From a bacterium (lineage in GTDB: Bacteria; Cyanobacteriota; Vampirovibrionia; Gastranaerophilales; Gastranaerophilaceae): 64,000 nucleotides of DNA. The DNA lies in assembly GCA_017629215.1 (NCBI GenBank), contig JAGBXP010000046.1, positions 199 to 64,198 of the forward strand. The letters run 5' to 3'. Below are positions 34,282 to 44,871 of the stretch, in pieces. Below the pieces are notes generated by a model. That model did no database searches and was not told the DNA's origin. It saw only the letters and a list, made by a program, of their open reading frames with translations. The stretch's first letter is position 1. Each line of letters opens with the position of its first letter. The position numbers and the translations under genes are program-made.

Positions 34282-34580
34282 AGTCCTCGATAGTAGTTTT
34301 GTAAGATAGATTTTTTTACATTTTTCTATTTAAAAAATTGCTTATTAATATTATTATATTAAGTTTTGTAAACAGTTAAACTATACACTATGCTTAACTT
34401 TTGGGTTTATTCTATTTTTTATATAGAGTTTTAAGGCAATTTTTAATTGGGAAATTACTTTAATAATATATAGCTAAAATTCAATTTTAGTTATAAAAGA
34501 GAAAATCCGGATAAACACTCAAAAAAAAGGATATTTGGACGGGGTATAAAAGAAAACTTCTAACAAATATTGAAAAAATT

Positions 34581-34630
34581 GTTATTTAGCAAAAGTAAAA
34601 TTAAAGGAACGGAGGATTATTATGAAAATT
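34581..34630 (+). repeat. Duplicated leader/start region, copy 1
   Basis: GTTATTTAGCAAAAGTAAAATTAAAGGAACGGAGGATTATTATGAAAATT, near-identical to 35650..35699. Confidence 0.9.
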
Positions 34631-35578
34631 GTATTTAAATTATTAAAAGCTGCTTTAAAAAATGGTAAGCCTGTTGGTTATAGTGGTAACCTTACAGAGG
34701 TAACTGGCTATTTAAAAAATCATTCAAAGGGTATTGGAGAAGAAGTTGGGAATATACTAGGAGGAAAAGCAAAAAATATTAATAACAAGTTGTTAAAAAA
34801 CGATGTTTATGACAAATTTTTTAATCATATTGATGAAGTCGCTAAAGAATATCCAGATGCAACAATAAAAGTAGCTGCAAAAAAATCTAAAAAAGGTCAT
34901 TTTCAACTTGCGAATATTGAAGTTAAGAATGGTGATAAAACAATAATCAAACAAGCTGCTTCTGTTTGTGATGACGGTACTCTTAAACTAAGAGGAAAAA
35001 TTTTAAATAGTGAAATGTCGCAAGTTATTGATAAGCAAGGTGTTCGTGCAACTGCAACTTCAGATAAAGGAACTGTTAAAACTATATTTGATAAAGCTAA
35101 AAAAACAGGACAAGTTGAATTGAGATATGGTGATGAACAAGTTGCTGTTGCAAATTATGTTAACAAAGGTGGAAATGTAAGCAGAGCTGGTGTTACATGC
35201 GAAAAAGCTGATGGACTTGTTACTGGTCAAGCATACTACAAGGGGCACGAAGTATCGTTTATAGGTGATGAAAAAGGCATTAAAGACTGGGCAAAAAGAG
35301 CTAAAAAACAAGACGATGATTTAAGTCCATTAACAATAAAATTATTAAGACCTTTGAAAGAACGATTTAATGATGTAATTGATGCTTTTAAATATAACAA
35401 AAACAAAGATTTTGAGCGTTTAATATCAAAAGATGAATTACATAAATCAGTCAAAAATCTACAAAAAGAAATAAAAAATTTTGAAGATATAAAAAACATA
35501 AAATCAATAAATACTGATTATTATAATCAACTACAAGATGATTTAAAATATGTTAAAGAAATATTAATTACAATATAA
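34622..35578 (+). CDS. Hypothetical protein (318 aa), K-rich
   Basis: GGAGGA SD. No recognisable motif. Confidence 0.55.
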   Translation: MKIVFKLLKAALKNGKPVGYSGNLTEVTGYLKNHSKGIGEEVGNILGGKAKNINNKLLKNDVYDKFFNHIDEVAKEYPDATIKVAAKKSKKGHFQLANIEVKNGDKTIIKQAASVCDDGTLKLRGKILNSEMSQVIDKQGVRATATSDKGTVKTIFDKAKKTGQVELRYGDEQVAVANYVNKGGNVSRAGVTCEKADGLVTGQAYYKGHEVSFIGDEKGIKDWAKRAKKQDDDLSPLTIKLLRPLKERFNDVIDAFKYNKNKDFERLISKDELHKSVKNLQKEIKNFEDIKNIKSINTDYYNQLQDDLKYVKEILITI

Positions 35579-35590
35579 TTCTTATAATCA

Positions 35591-35630
35591 AAATAGCTGG
35601 TTATGATTAATAAATTATAACCAGCTATTT
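35591..35630 (+). terminator. 14-bp hairpin after 34622..35578
   Basis: AAATAGCTGGTTAT ... ATAACCAGCTATTT. Confidence 0.6.
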
Positions 35631-35649
35631 AATTATGATAAATCATTAA

Positions 35650-35699
35650 GTTATTTAGCAAAAGTAAAATTAAAGGAACGGGGGATTATTATGAAGATT
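35650..35699 (+). repeat. Duplicated leader/start region, copy 2
   Basis: GTTATTTAGCAAAAGTAAAATTAAAGGAACGGGGGATTATTATGAAGATT. Confidence 0.9.
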
Positions 35700-35939
35700 T
35701 TATTTAATTTGTCAAGAGTTGTTCAAAATCTTGGTGGAAATTTAGGTAAAAAACTTTCAAGTAGCACAAATAGATCTCATTCAATTTTTGAGAAAATAAA
35801 AGAACATCAACCAGAATGTATTAATTTCAATAGATACAAACAGGGGATTGAATCACAAAGGAAGATTTATTTTGAAATACTACCAAAACTTTGTCCCAAT
35901 ATCGTAAAATTCAATCGTAAAATGTACAACACGAAATAA
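35691..35939 (+). CDS. Hypothetical protein (82 aa); N-terminus paralogous to 34622..35578
   Basis: Shares the leader and first codons (MKI(V/L)F..L) with the upstream gene. Confidence 0.45.
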   Translation: MKILFNLSRVVQNLGGNLGKKLSSSTNRSHSIFEKIKEHQPECINFNRYKQGIESQRKIYFEILPKLCPNIVKFNRKMYNTK

Positions 35940-35992
35940 AATAAAGTGGATACCAACAATGTATTGAGTATCCTCTTTATTTTTTTATATCT

Positions 35993-37138
35993 TTACATTC
36001 TTGGTGGTCTCATGCCAGCTGAAGCTTTCTTTTTTGCACCTCCTACAGTGCCAATACAAACTTTGTCTCCAACGTTTATTCCTTTAGATATAATTTGTGT
36101 TTTATTATCATCAAAGGCTCCGAGTTCTACATCAAATCTCTCTAATCCCATTTTAGTTTGAATCCAAACTCCTTGTTTTTCGTATTTTTTAGTATTATCA
36201 GGTGGCGTAAATCTTAAAGCTTGATTAGGCACACAAAGTGCTTGTTCTATATTACTTGTAATAATAGAGACATTAGCTGTCATACCTGGTATAACAAAGC
36301 CTTTTGAATTATCAACAGAGACTATTACAGTGTAGGTTACAACATTGTTGGTAGTTGTGCTTGCGAGACGTACTTGGGTAACTTTTCCTTCAAAAGTTTT
36401 ATCCTGATACCCATCTAGAGTATACTTTGCAAGTTGTCCTACTTTAATTTTACCAATATCAGCTTCGGAAACGCTTGTTTCTATTTGCATTTGAGTTAGA
36501 TCTTTTGCGACTTCAAACAAAGTTGGAGTATTAAAGCTTGCAGCTACTGTTTGACCAACATCAACAGCTCTTGATATAACTGTACCGTCAACAGGAGAAG
36601 TTATTTTTGAATACCTAAGATTAGTTAAATTATTATTCAATGTAGCTTGCGATGCATTTACTTCTGCTGTAGCCGAGGCAACTTCAGCTAAAGCTTGTTG
36701 GTAGTTTGCATAAGCTAATTCCACTTCATCTTTTGAAACATAGTTTTTTGCATATAAATTTTTATATCTTTGATAATTATTCTTTTTATAATTTAAAGAA
36801 GCTGTAGCTCTTGCTAGTGAAGCTTGAGCATTATTTAGCTTGGCAGTAGATTGATCAACATTTGATTGAAAAAGGCTAGGATCTAATTCTGCAAGTAAAT
36901 CGCCTTTTTTAACAACAGAGTTATAATCAACATAAATCCCTGCGACTGTCCCTGAGACTTGTGTACCAACTGCAATAGTATTGATAGGTTTGATTGTTCC
37001 AGAGGCTTCTACATACTGAGTAATAGTCTCTTGTGTAACAGGCTTTGTAATATATTTAACTTGCTTCGAATTAAATACATAAAAAACCAAAACTGTAGAT
37101 AAAACAATACTTAGCATTATAATCATTTTCTTAGTCAT
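35993..37138 (-). CDS. Efflux periplasmic adaptor (HlyD/MacA-type membrane fusion protein)
   Basis: N-terminal TM helix, lipoyl/barrel segments around a coiled-coil hairpin ('...AQASLARATASLNYKKNNYQRYKNLY...') and a typical MFP C-terminus. Confidence 0.85.
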   Translation of the reverse strand: MTKKMIIMLSIVLSTVLVFYVFNSKQVKYITKPVTQETITQYVEASGTIKPINTIAVGTQVSGTVAGIYVDYNSVVKKGDLLAELDPSLFQSNVDQSTAKLNNAQASLARATASLNYKKNNYQRYKNLYAKNYVSKDEVELAYANYQQALAEVASATAEVNASQATLNNNLTNLRYSKITSPVDGTVISRAVDVGQTVAASFNTPTLFEVAKDLTQMQIETSVSEADIGKIKVGQLAKYTLDGYQDKTFEGKVTQVRLASTTTNNVVTYTVIVSVDNSKGFVIPGMTANVSIITSNIEQALCVPNQALRFTPPDNTKKYEKQGVWIQTKMGLERFDVELGAFDDNKTQIISKGINVGDKVCIGTVGGAKKKASAGMRPPRM

Positions 37139-38684
37139 TTTCTAAAATCCCCATAGACTTTCTTAAAGTTTCTCTAGCTACATTATATTCAAACACAGCC
37201 TGAACAAAGCTTAATTGTGCATTATTATAGTTTGCTAATGCGTCTTGTAATTCAACATAATTATTCAATCCAACGCTATAACGACCATCTGCAAGCTCAA
37301 AATTTTCCAAGCTTGCTTTAACTTTTTGACTCATTAATGGAATCTTACGCTCAAGTTGGCGCATATTAATATAATTCTCTTGAACTTCCCAATAGATATC
37401 TTGTTTTGCCACATTAATATTATGATTTGCAATATCTAAATAAGCTTCTCCTTGTTTTATTTGATAATGTATTCCTACTGGATTTATAGAACCCAGTCCC
37501 ATACTTGCACCAACTTGAAAAGGACTTGTGTAAGTTGATTCGTTTTTAGTATATCCCCAAGTTAGATCTGCTGTAACATCTGGCGCATAAGAGCGTATTA
37601 CAGCTTTCAAAGATTCTTCTTGTACCTTAACTAGCATTCGGCTTGACTTTAAATCTGGTCTATTTTCCAATGCTTTATCAACTGCTTCTTGCCTTGTTAG
37701 CTTCAATGGTGAAATTTGGTAATCTTGAATTATATCATTATGTTCAATACCTGATGTCAACATTATAAGACCTTCTTCATTCTTTTTAAGATTAACAGTT
37801 GAAGGCTTTGCTTCATCCAATGATTGCATTTTCTTTTTATAATCAGCCTTTAAAAATCCAAAATTTTCAGTATTTTGCACTATAAAATGTTTATCATCAG
37901 AATAATACATAGAATTTTTCAATGCTAACACATTTGTAGCTAAAGATTTTTGAGCGTCAACTAATTGAATTTTTGAGTCTGTAAGGTTTACTTCTGCATT
38001 AACTACGTCAATTTTGGATTTTAGACCTTCATCAAACATAGCTTTTGTGCGTTCATAGTTAAGAGTATTAATGCGAACATTCTGCTCATAGATATCAAGA
38101 TTTGCTAATAAGCGCAATATATTATAATAATTTATCTTGACATTATATACAACATTTAAAACATCATAATCATAGTCAAATAAGGCTGATTGAGTATCAT
38201 ATTTAGCCATGTTTATTCTTGCAAAAGTCTTTCCAAAATCCCAAATAAGTTGAGAAATTCCTGCATTAAAACCTACTGAATCATTATGCGTATTCGCTAT
38301 TCTTGTACCACTATTTGCTAAATGATTATAATTTACTCTTGCTGTTAATCGTGGAGCAAAGCTTGCTTTTTGCTGACCAATCCCAGACTCAGCAACTTTT
38401 ATCTGTTGTAGACTAACAGCCAAATTAGGATTATGTTCTATCGCATATTTCACACATTCTTCTATTGACATAGTCATAAAATTTTGTTGAGATTTCCTAA
38501 ATGGTGTAATTTGAGGAAGTTCAACTTCAGAGACTTCAACACGTTTATTTTTTTTAGTCTTTTCAAGCTTTACTTCATCTTTATTAAAATTAAACCATTT
38601 ACGTTTTGTAGTGGAATCCTCAATTGCGAAAGCTGAATTTATAAAAGCTAATATTATTAATGTTAGAATAAAATATTTTTTCAC
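37131..38684 (-). CDS. TolC-family outer-membrane efflux protein
   Basis: Signal peptide and two repeated TolC-type halves. 8-nt overlap with the adaptor gene. Confidence 0.85.
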   Translation of the reverse strand: MKKYFILTLIILAFINSAFAIEDSTTKRKWFNFNKDEVKLEKTKKNKRVEVSEVELPQITPFRKSQQNFMTMSIEECVKYAIEHNPNLAVSLQQIKVAESGIGQQKASFAPRLTARVNYNHLANSGTRIANTHNDSVGFNAGISQLIWDFGKTFARINMAKYDTQSALFDYDYDVLNVVYNVKINYYNILRLLANLDIYEQNVRINTLNYERTKAMFDEGLKSKIDVVNAEVNLTDSKIQLVDAQKSLATNVLALKNSMYYSDDKHFIVQNTENFGFLKADYKKKMQSLDEAKPSTVNLKKNEEGLIMLTSGIEHNDIIQDYQISPLKLTRQEAVDKALENRPDLKSSRMLVKVQEESLKAVIRSYAPDVTADLTWGYTKNESTYTSPFQVGASMGLGSINPVGIHYQIKQGEAYLDIANHNINVAKQDIYWEVQENYINMRQLERKIPLMSQKVKASLENFELADGRYSVGLNNYVELQDALANYNNAQLSFVQAVFEYNVARETLRKSMGILEND

Positions 38685-38841
38685 AATTCTCTCCTAAAAG
38701 AATTTTACTATAATTTAAACGATATTTAAAGAATTATGTTCAATAAATTAGATAAAAAGATTACTATGTTAGATATGGTAAGATATAGTTGCTTAGAGTT
38801 ATTATACATGATAATATAAACGAAAAATAAGAGGAGAACTT

Positions 38842-39186
38842 ATGAAAAAAATATTAAACATTGCATTACTAATGCTTTTATTTTGTAATATTGTAGTTGC
38901 GAATGATATAACAAGAGTTTGTGCAAGTCATATACTTGTTCCAACAGAAATGGATGCTATTAAAATAAAAAGTCAAATTAAATCCTATGATGATTTTAAA
39001 TATTATGCAAGGATTTACTCAAAATGTCCATCAGGTAGAGATGGTGGTTCTCTAGGTTGTTTTGGAAGAGGTCAAATGGTTAAACCTTTTGAAGAAGCAG
39101 CTTTTAATGGCAAAGTAGGAGAAGTTTCTGATCCAGTTAAAACACAATTTGGGTATCACCTAATATGGGTTACTCAAAAGTTATAA
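38842..39186 (+). CDS. ppiC: Parvulin-type peptidyl-prolyl isomerase (PpiC)
   Basis: 'ASHILV...[27 protein letters not shown]...FGYHLIWV', with a signal peptide. Confidence 0.88.
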   Translation: MKKILNIALLMLLFCNIVVANDITRVCASHILVPTEMDAIKIKSQIKSYDDFKYYARIYSKCPSGRDGGSLGCFGRGQMVKPFEEAAFNGKVGEVSDPVKTQFGYHLIWVTQKL

Positions 39187-39209
39187 ATTTATTAATATAG
39201 GAGGTTATT

Positions 39210-39491
39210 ATGAAAAAGATTTTATCTATGTTGGTTTTACTAGCTATGTTTTCTTTTGTAGCTCCAGCATTTGCTACAGAAGGTAGACCTGGTGAAATTT
39301 CAGGACGTTCAGTTGGTGCAGCGGCGCTTTCATTATTAGTATGGCCAGGACTTGGTCAATTAATTAATGAAAACCCAACTGAAAAAAATGTTACTCACGC
39401 TGTTTTAGGGTTAACTGGTATTTTTAGAATTTGGTCTTGCTATGATGCTCTAGTTGATAGAACTGGTGGTGTATGGCATAACAGAATTTAG
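39210..39491 (+). CDS. Small secreted/membrane protein (93 aa)
   Basis: Signal peptide 'MKKILSMLVLLAMFSFVAPAFA'. 'VWPGLGQLIN' hydrophobic segment. Confidence 0.55.
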   Translation: MKKILSMLVLLAMFSFVAPAFATEGRPGEISGRSVGAAALSLLVWPGLGQLINENPTEKNVTHAVLGLTGIFRIWSCYDALVDRTGGVWHNRI

Positions 39492-39506
39492 GTTTGTTAC
39501 CAAAAG

Positions 39507-39541
39507 GAGACGTGATAAATCAATATCACGTCTCTTTTTTA
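39507..39541 (+). terminator. Intrinsic terminator
   Basis: GAGACGTGATA-AATCAA-TATCACGTCTC plus T7. Confidence 0.85.
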
Positions 39542-39607
39542 TTGCTAAATTATAAAATGAACAATCTATAACCTTATCTCGTTTTATAAATGAAACGGAG
39601 GTTAGAT

Positions 39608-39949
39608 ATGAAAAAGATTTTATCAATTTTAGGTGTAATTGCGATTTTAGGAACAACATCACCAGTTTTCGCCTCTCACGGAGGACACGGACATCATGGT
39701 GGAAATCATCAGGTACATGCAGGTGCTCATCATAGACATCATTCGTATGCACGAGGACATCATCACCACCACGGTTCAGGTGTAAGAATTTATACCAGTC
39801 ATTATCCCAGGCATGGCTATTGGTATGGCTACAGGGATAGCTATTGGTTCGATCCTTACTGCGATTATAGATTAGGCTATTATAATTGCATTCCTCCTAC
39901 TGGAATGTATTTTTCAATAGGTAGACCAGCTGTCTCTATAAGATTTTAA
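39608..39949 (+). CDS. Secreted histidine-rich protein (113 aa)
   Basis: ACGGAGGT SD before ATG 39608. Signal peptide, then 'HGGHGHHGGNHQVHAGAHHRHHSYARGHHHHHGSG'. Confidence 0.6.
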   Translation: MKKILSILGVIAILGTTSPVFASHGGHGHHGGNHQVHAGAHHRHHSYARGHHHHHGSGVRIYTSHYPRHGYWYGYRDSYWFDPYCDYRLGYYNCIPPTGMYFSIGRPAVSIRF

Positions 39950-39992
39950 ACAAATTAGAACACTTCATAACTTCCACAACACATAAAACGCT

Positions 39993-40018
39993 AAAGCTCT
40001 CTTTAGGAGAGCTTTTTA
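39993..40018 (+). terminator. Intrinsic terminator
   Basis: AAAGCTCTC-TTTAG-GAGAGCTTT plus T-run. Confidence 0.8.
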
Positions 40019-40078
40019 TTTATAAAAATCGACTTGAAATATAGAAAGTATTATCTTGTTGCAAGGAGATATTACTTA

Positions 40079-41326
40079 ATGATAGACTTAGATAAACACT
40101 GGGAAAGTAAAAATAAAATGACGGAGCAAAAATATATAGCTTTAATAGATTGTGATAGTTTTTTTGTGTCGTGCGAAAGAAAAATCAACCCACGATTATG
40201 TGGAAAACCTGTTTGTGTTGTTTCTGGTGATAGAGGTTGCGTTGTCGCTCGTTCAATTGAAGCAAAAGAAATGGGTATTCCTATGGGACACCCTCTATTC
40301 ATGGCAAAAAAGGAATTCCCTGATGCAATTTATATAAATTCAAACCTATATTTATATTCCCAGATATCCGAACAAGTTATGAATTTATTAAGACAATTTA
40401 GCCCAATGGTAGAAGTTTATTCGATTGACGAAGCTTTTGTTGACTTAACTGGCTTAGCAAAACATTATAAAAAAAATTACTACAACTTAGCTCTATCAAT
40501 AAGAGAAATTGTTGCGCAAGAAATTGGCATTCCTGTGTCAGTAGGAGTAAGTAGAACCAAAACTTTAGCGAAACTTGCATCCGATAAGTCAAAAACAACT
40601 GTCAATCATGTTTATATAGCAGGACGGTGTGGTATTACAAGACTTTTAAAATCGTCTGAGATTGGAGAGGTTTGGGGAATTGGCAGGAATTTAGAGCCTA
40701 AATTGCGAGGTCATGGTATTTATACAGCTTATGATTATGCAGAAAAAAATGATACTTGGCTCAAAAGCCGGTTCGGAAAACTTGGACTAGAACTAAAATA
40801 TGAACTCTTAGGAAATCAAATCCATAAAATATCAGATGTTATTAAACCACCTAAATCAATTATGGATACAAAATCGTTTCCAGAATTTTCTACTGACATA
40901 AATTATTTAAAAAACGAGCTTATGATTCATATACATTCAGCTTGCAGAAAACTTAGAAAAGCTAATTGTAAATGTAAAACAATAGGTGTAATAATAAAAA
41001 CTAAAGATTTTAAAACTTTTTGTGAAAAAGAGAATTTAGAACATGCTACGAATTTTGAATTTGAAATATCTGAGCTTGCCATACCAATACTAGAAAAAAT
41101 GTTTAATCGTAATGAGATATATAGAAGTGTCGGAATTTTATTAGAGAATTTTAAACCTTGTGATAACGAACAAAGGTCATTCTTTGATAATTCTGAACGA
41201 CGAGAAAAAAATGAAAAACTTGCAAAAAGCCTAGATAAGCTAGAAGCTAAATTTGGAAGAAATATTATAAAAACTGGTTTCATTGGCAAAGTCGATTATA
41301 AACAAGACTTCATTAGTAAAAACTAA
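40079..41326 (+). CDS. Y-family DNA polymerase (UmuC/DinB family)
   Basis: 'IALIDCDSFFVSCE', 'SIDEAFVDLT' and 'VSVGVSRTKTLAKLAS'. Start is ambiguous (ATG 40079 with AAGGAG, or ATG 40118). Confidence 0.85.
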   Translation: MIDLDKHWESKNKMTEQKYIALIDCDSFFVSCERKINPRLCGKPVCVVSGDRGCVVARSIEAKEMGIPMGHPLFMAKKEFPDAIYINSNLYLYSQISEQVMNLLRQFSPMVEVYSIDEAFVDLTGLAKHYKKNYYNLALSIREIVAQEIGIPVSVGVSRTKTLAKLASDKSKTTVNHVYIAGRCGITRLLKSSEIGEVWGIGRNLEPKLRGHGIYTAYDYAEKNDTWLKSRFGKLGLELKYELLGNQIHKISDVIKPPKSIMDTKSFPEFSTDINYLKNELMIHIHSACRKLRKANCKCKTIGVIIKTKDFKTFCEKENLEHATNFEFEISELAIPILEKMFNRNEIYRSVGILLENFKPCDNEQRSFFDNSERREKNEKLAKSLDKLEAKFGRNIIKTGFIGKVDYKQDFISKN

Positions 41327-41385
41327 GTATACATATTTTAAAATGTATAAAAATTACATAATATGCAACTTAACACTTCGACAGC

Positions 41386-41928
41386 TTACTTCATTATTTC
41401 TTCAAGTTTTTGGACAGCGTTTTCAATACTATCATTTATTACTTCATAATCAAAATATTTCGAATTTTCTAATTCCGACTTAGTAGAAGCTAATCTTTTT
41501 TGAATAGCCTCCTCCGTTTCTGTATGTCGTCCACGCAGTCTAGCTTCTAATTCTTCAAACGAAGGTGGTAGTATAAATATTAAAACCGACTCAGGAATAA
41601 TTTTTTTTACATTAAGCGCGCCTTGTGTATCAATTTCAAGAATTAGTTTTTTACCTTGTGATAATTTTTCTTCTATATATGGTCGTTGAGTTCCATATAA
41701 GTTTCCAGAAAACTCAGCCCATTCTAAAAATTCATTTTTCTCAATACAAGTTTCAAAATCCTCTCTCGACAAAAAGAAATAATTTTCGCCATGCACTTCT
41801 CCTGCTCTTGGCTTACGAGTTGTACAAGATACTGATAGTTTAAATTCAGGGTTACGTTTTAAAAACTCTTTAATAACCGTTCCTTTTCCAACTCCTGATG
41901 ATCCAGATATTACAAATAATTTACTCAT
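41386..41928 (-). CDS. gmk: Guanylate kinase
   Basis: 'ISGSSGVGKGTV', 'TTRKPRAGEVHGENYFF'. Confidence 0.93.
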   Translation of the reverse strand: MSKLFVISGSSGVGKGTVIKEFLKRNPEFKLSVSCTTRKPRAGEVHGENYFFLSREDFETCIEKNEFLEWAEFSGNLYGTQRPYIEEKLSQGKKLILEIDTQGALNVKKIIPESVLIFILPPSFEELEARLRGRHTETEEAIQKRLASTKSELENSKYFDYEVINDSIENAVQKLEEIMK

Positions 41929-42021
41929 ATAACACCTTCTAAATTTTTTATATTATATCATAAAAACATATTTAATAGTTTTTTTATGTTAAGATAAAAA
42001 TACTAAAGGGGATTTTAAATT

Positions 42022-43770
42022 ATGAAAATGTCAAAATTATTTGTTCAAACACTTAGAGAATTTCCTTCTGATGCAGAAGTTATTTCTCATAAAATGCTTG
42101 TTAGAGCTGGTTATATTAGAAAATTAACCTCAGGAGTATATAATTACTTACCTCTAATGTGGAGGGTTCTCAGAAAAGTTGAAACCATCGTTCGAGAAGA
42201 AATGGATAAAGCAGGAGCTCAAGAGCTTCTTATGCCATTCGTACAACCAAAAGAGCTATGGGAAGAATCAGGACGTTGGGAAGTTTACGGTAAAGAACTT
42301 ATGCGCTTGCGTGATAGACACAATAGAGAAATGTGCCTTGGACCAACTCATGAAGAAATCATTACAGCTATCGCTCGTGATGGTCTAAAATCATACAAGC
42401 AAATGCCTGTAAACTTATACCAAATCCAATCAAAATTCCGAGATGAAGTTCGTCCTCGCTTCGGACTTCTTCGTGGTCGTGAATTTATCATGAAAGACGC
42501 TTATTCTTTTGACACTTCTCAAGAAGGATTAGAAAAAGAATATGAAAATATGGCTCAAGCATATACAAAAATATTCAAAAGATGTGGACTTAATACAAAA
42601 ATGGTTCAATCAGATTCAGGTGCAATTGGAGGAAGCGTTAGCCACGAATTCATGGTGATTACCGATACAGATGCTGGTGAAAATGATGTTTTCTATTGCG
42701 ATTCTTGCGATTATTCTGCAAACTCAAACCACGCAGTATCTAAACTTCCTACAGCAAAAACTGTTGGTGATTTTACAAAAGCTGAAATCGTTGATACACC
42801 AAACACTCATACTATTGAAGAACTTTGCAAATTCTTAAATATTCCTCCAAGTTTAATTATTAAAACTCTTGTTTATATTATTGATAAAAAACCTGTTTTA
42901 GCTTTAATTCGTGGTGATAAACAAGTAGAAGAAACAAAGCTTCTTAACGCAGTTGGTGGAATTGAAATTCGCATAGCAACAGCAGGCGAAATTGTAGAAA
43001 TGCTTGAAGTTAATGGATTCAACGCAGAGCCTGGATTTATTGGCCCTATGGGATTAAAAGAATACAATGGCTATCCAATTACTATAGTTGCTGATGAAAC
43101 AATTAAAGAATTGAAAAATTTTGTAATCGGCGTTAATCAAATAGACAAACATGGAGTCGGATATAACTTTAACTCTGAAATAGAATTACCTGAAATTATT
43201 ACAGATTTAAGACTTGTTGAAGCTGGCGAACTTTGTCCAACTTGTGGACAACCTTTAAAAGTTACACGAGGTATCGAAGTTGGTAATATTTTCCAACTTG
43301 GAACAAAATACTCTGCGCCAATGAATGCAGTATATCTTGACCAAAATGGAAAAACTCAGCCATACGTAATGGGTTGCTATGGTATTGGCATTTCAAGAAC
43401 AGCAGCTGCTGCTGTTGAAGCACACTACGATGATAATGGTATTAAGTGGCCTCTAGCTATCGCACCATATCACGCAGTTGTAATCCCTGTTAGCACAAAA
43501 GACGAAGAACAAATGAAAGTTGCAGAAGATATTTATAAAACTCTTCTAAAACACGGAGTTGAAGCTGTGCTTGATGATCGTGATGAACGTCCAGGAGTTA
43601 AATTTAAAGATGCTGATCTAATTGGTTTCCCTTATAGAATTACTGTTGGTAAAGGGATATCTGATGGAGTTGTTGAGTTTAAAGTTCGTGAGACTTGTGA
43701 AATGTCAAACATCACGCCTGAACAAGCAGCAGAAATTGTTATTACTGCAGTTACTAATTTAAAAGGTTAA
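42022..43770 (+). CDS. proS: Proline--tRNA ligase
   Basis: Bacterial-type ProRS with editing insertion. 'FRDEVRPRFGLLRGREFIMKDAYSF', 'GCYGIGISR'. Confidence 0.95.
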   Translation: MKMSKLFVQTLREFPSDAEVISHKMLVRAGYIRKLTSGVYNYLPLMWRVLRKVETIVREEMDKAGAQELLMPFVQPKELWEESGRWEVYGKELMRLRDRHNREMCLGPTHEEIITAIARDGLKSYKQMPVNLYQIQSKFRDEVRPRFGLLRGREFIMKDAYSFDTSQEGLEKEYENMAQAYTKIFKRCGLNTKMVQSDSGAIGGSVSHEFMVITDTDAGENDVFYCDSCDYSANSNHAVSKLPTAKTVGDFTKAEIVDTPNTHTIEELCKFLNIPPSLIIKTLVYIIDKKPVLALIRGDKQVEETKLLNAVGGIEIRIATAGEIVEMLEVNGFNAEPGFIGPMGLKEYNGYPITIVADETIKELKNFVIGVNQIDKHGVGYNFNSEIELPEIITDLRLVEAGELCPTCGQPLKVTRGIEVGNIFQLGTKYSAPMNAVYLDQNGKTQPYVMGCYGIGISRTAAAAVEAHYDDNGIKWPLAIAPYHAVVIPVSTKDEEQMKVAEDIYKTLLKHGVEAVLDDRDERPGVKFKDADLIGFPYRITVGKGISDGVVEFKVRETCEMSNITPEQAAEIVITAVTNLKG

Positions 43771-43793
43771 GTTAGAGGAAATAATCGAGTTTG

Positions 43794-44804
43794 TTAACAA
43801 ACTTGATTATTTCTATATCCTTTATGAAAATCTCGAATATTATTGAAAGTTGTTTCTAACAATGTATCAACTGATTCCTGAGTGTTATACGCAATATGTG
43901 GAGTAATAATTACATTACTCATCCCTAGAAGTTTTTGTGTAATTAACGCACTTGTAATACAAGTATTATTATGTTTTTTAATATCATTTACAATATTTTC
44001 AGGCGACAATGCTAAGTATTCACACTCAAGTACATCAAGTGCAGCACCCTTAATTTTACCATTTAATAAATTTGCATACAAAGCTGTTATATCAATCAAC
44101 TCTCCTCTAGCTGTATTTACAAAAAATGAGCCGTCTTTCATCCTAGAAAATTCTTCTTCGCCCAATAAATGATAGTTTTCTTTAGAATAAGGCACATGCA
44201 AAGTAACTATATCAGATTGCTCCAATAATTCATTTAAGCTAACATATTCAGCAAAACCTGATACGTCAACCCGTTTTGTATAACTATAGACAAGAACACG
44301 CATATCAAAATAATTAGCAATTTTTGCAACAGCACTTCCTATTGCGCCACAACCAATTATACCAATTGTTAGTCTATTTAAGTTTCGGCCTTCATAATCT
44401 GCGTGATTAATAAAGTTTTTTTGAATATCTAAATATGCTGGAAAAAGATTACGAACAAGAGCTAAGATTAACGCCATGGTGTATTGCGCAACTGAATTTT
44501 GTCCGTACTCCTCAACATTAAATACAGCAATATTATTCTGTGAACAATACTTAACATCAATATGGTTATATCCTGTTGAACGCGTTGCTATAACTCTTAA
44601 ATTTTTAAATTTTTTAATTATACTTTCCGTAACATTAGAACTTATAAACACACTTATTACATCTGTTTCATCATATTGTTCTTGTGTAAGCTGACTCATT
44701 TCATTTAAAGGCTCTTTTATATATGTTATTTCAAAATCAGGAAACTCATTCCTCTCAAAAAACTCTTTTTCTGAATCTCTAAAATCAAACATTAACATTT
44801 TCAT
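43794..44804 (-). CDS. D-isomer-specific 2-hydroxyacid dehydrogenase family protein
   Basis: 'IGIIGCGAIGSAVAKIA' NAD fold, 'NTARGELID' and 'ITPHIAY'. Confidence 0.85.
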   Translation of the reverse strand: MKMLMFDFRDSEKEFFERNEFPDFEITYIKEPLNEMSQLTQEQYDETDVISVFISSNVTESIIKKFKNLRVIATRSTGYNHIDVKYCSQNNIAVFNVEEYGQNSVAQYTMALILALVRNLFPAYLDIQKNFINHADYEGRNLNRLTIGIIGCGAIGSAVAKIANYFDMRVLVYSYTKRVDVSGFAEYVSLNELLEQSDIVTLHVPYSKENYHLLGEEEFSRMKDGSFFVNTARGELIDITALYANLLNGKIKGAALDVLECEYLALSPENIVNDIKKHNNTCITSALITQKLLGMSNVIITPHIAYNTQESVDTLLETTFNNIRDFHKGYRNNQVC

Positions 44805-44871
44805 AAAATAATACTCCTATTTGAATAAGAGTATTATTTATTATAATAAATTTTGCTATTACTCAATTAGT

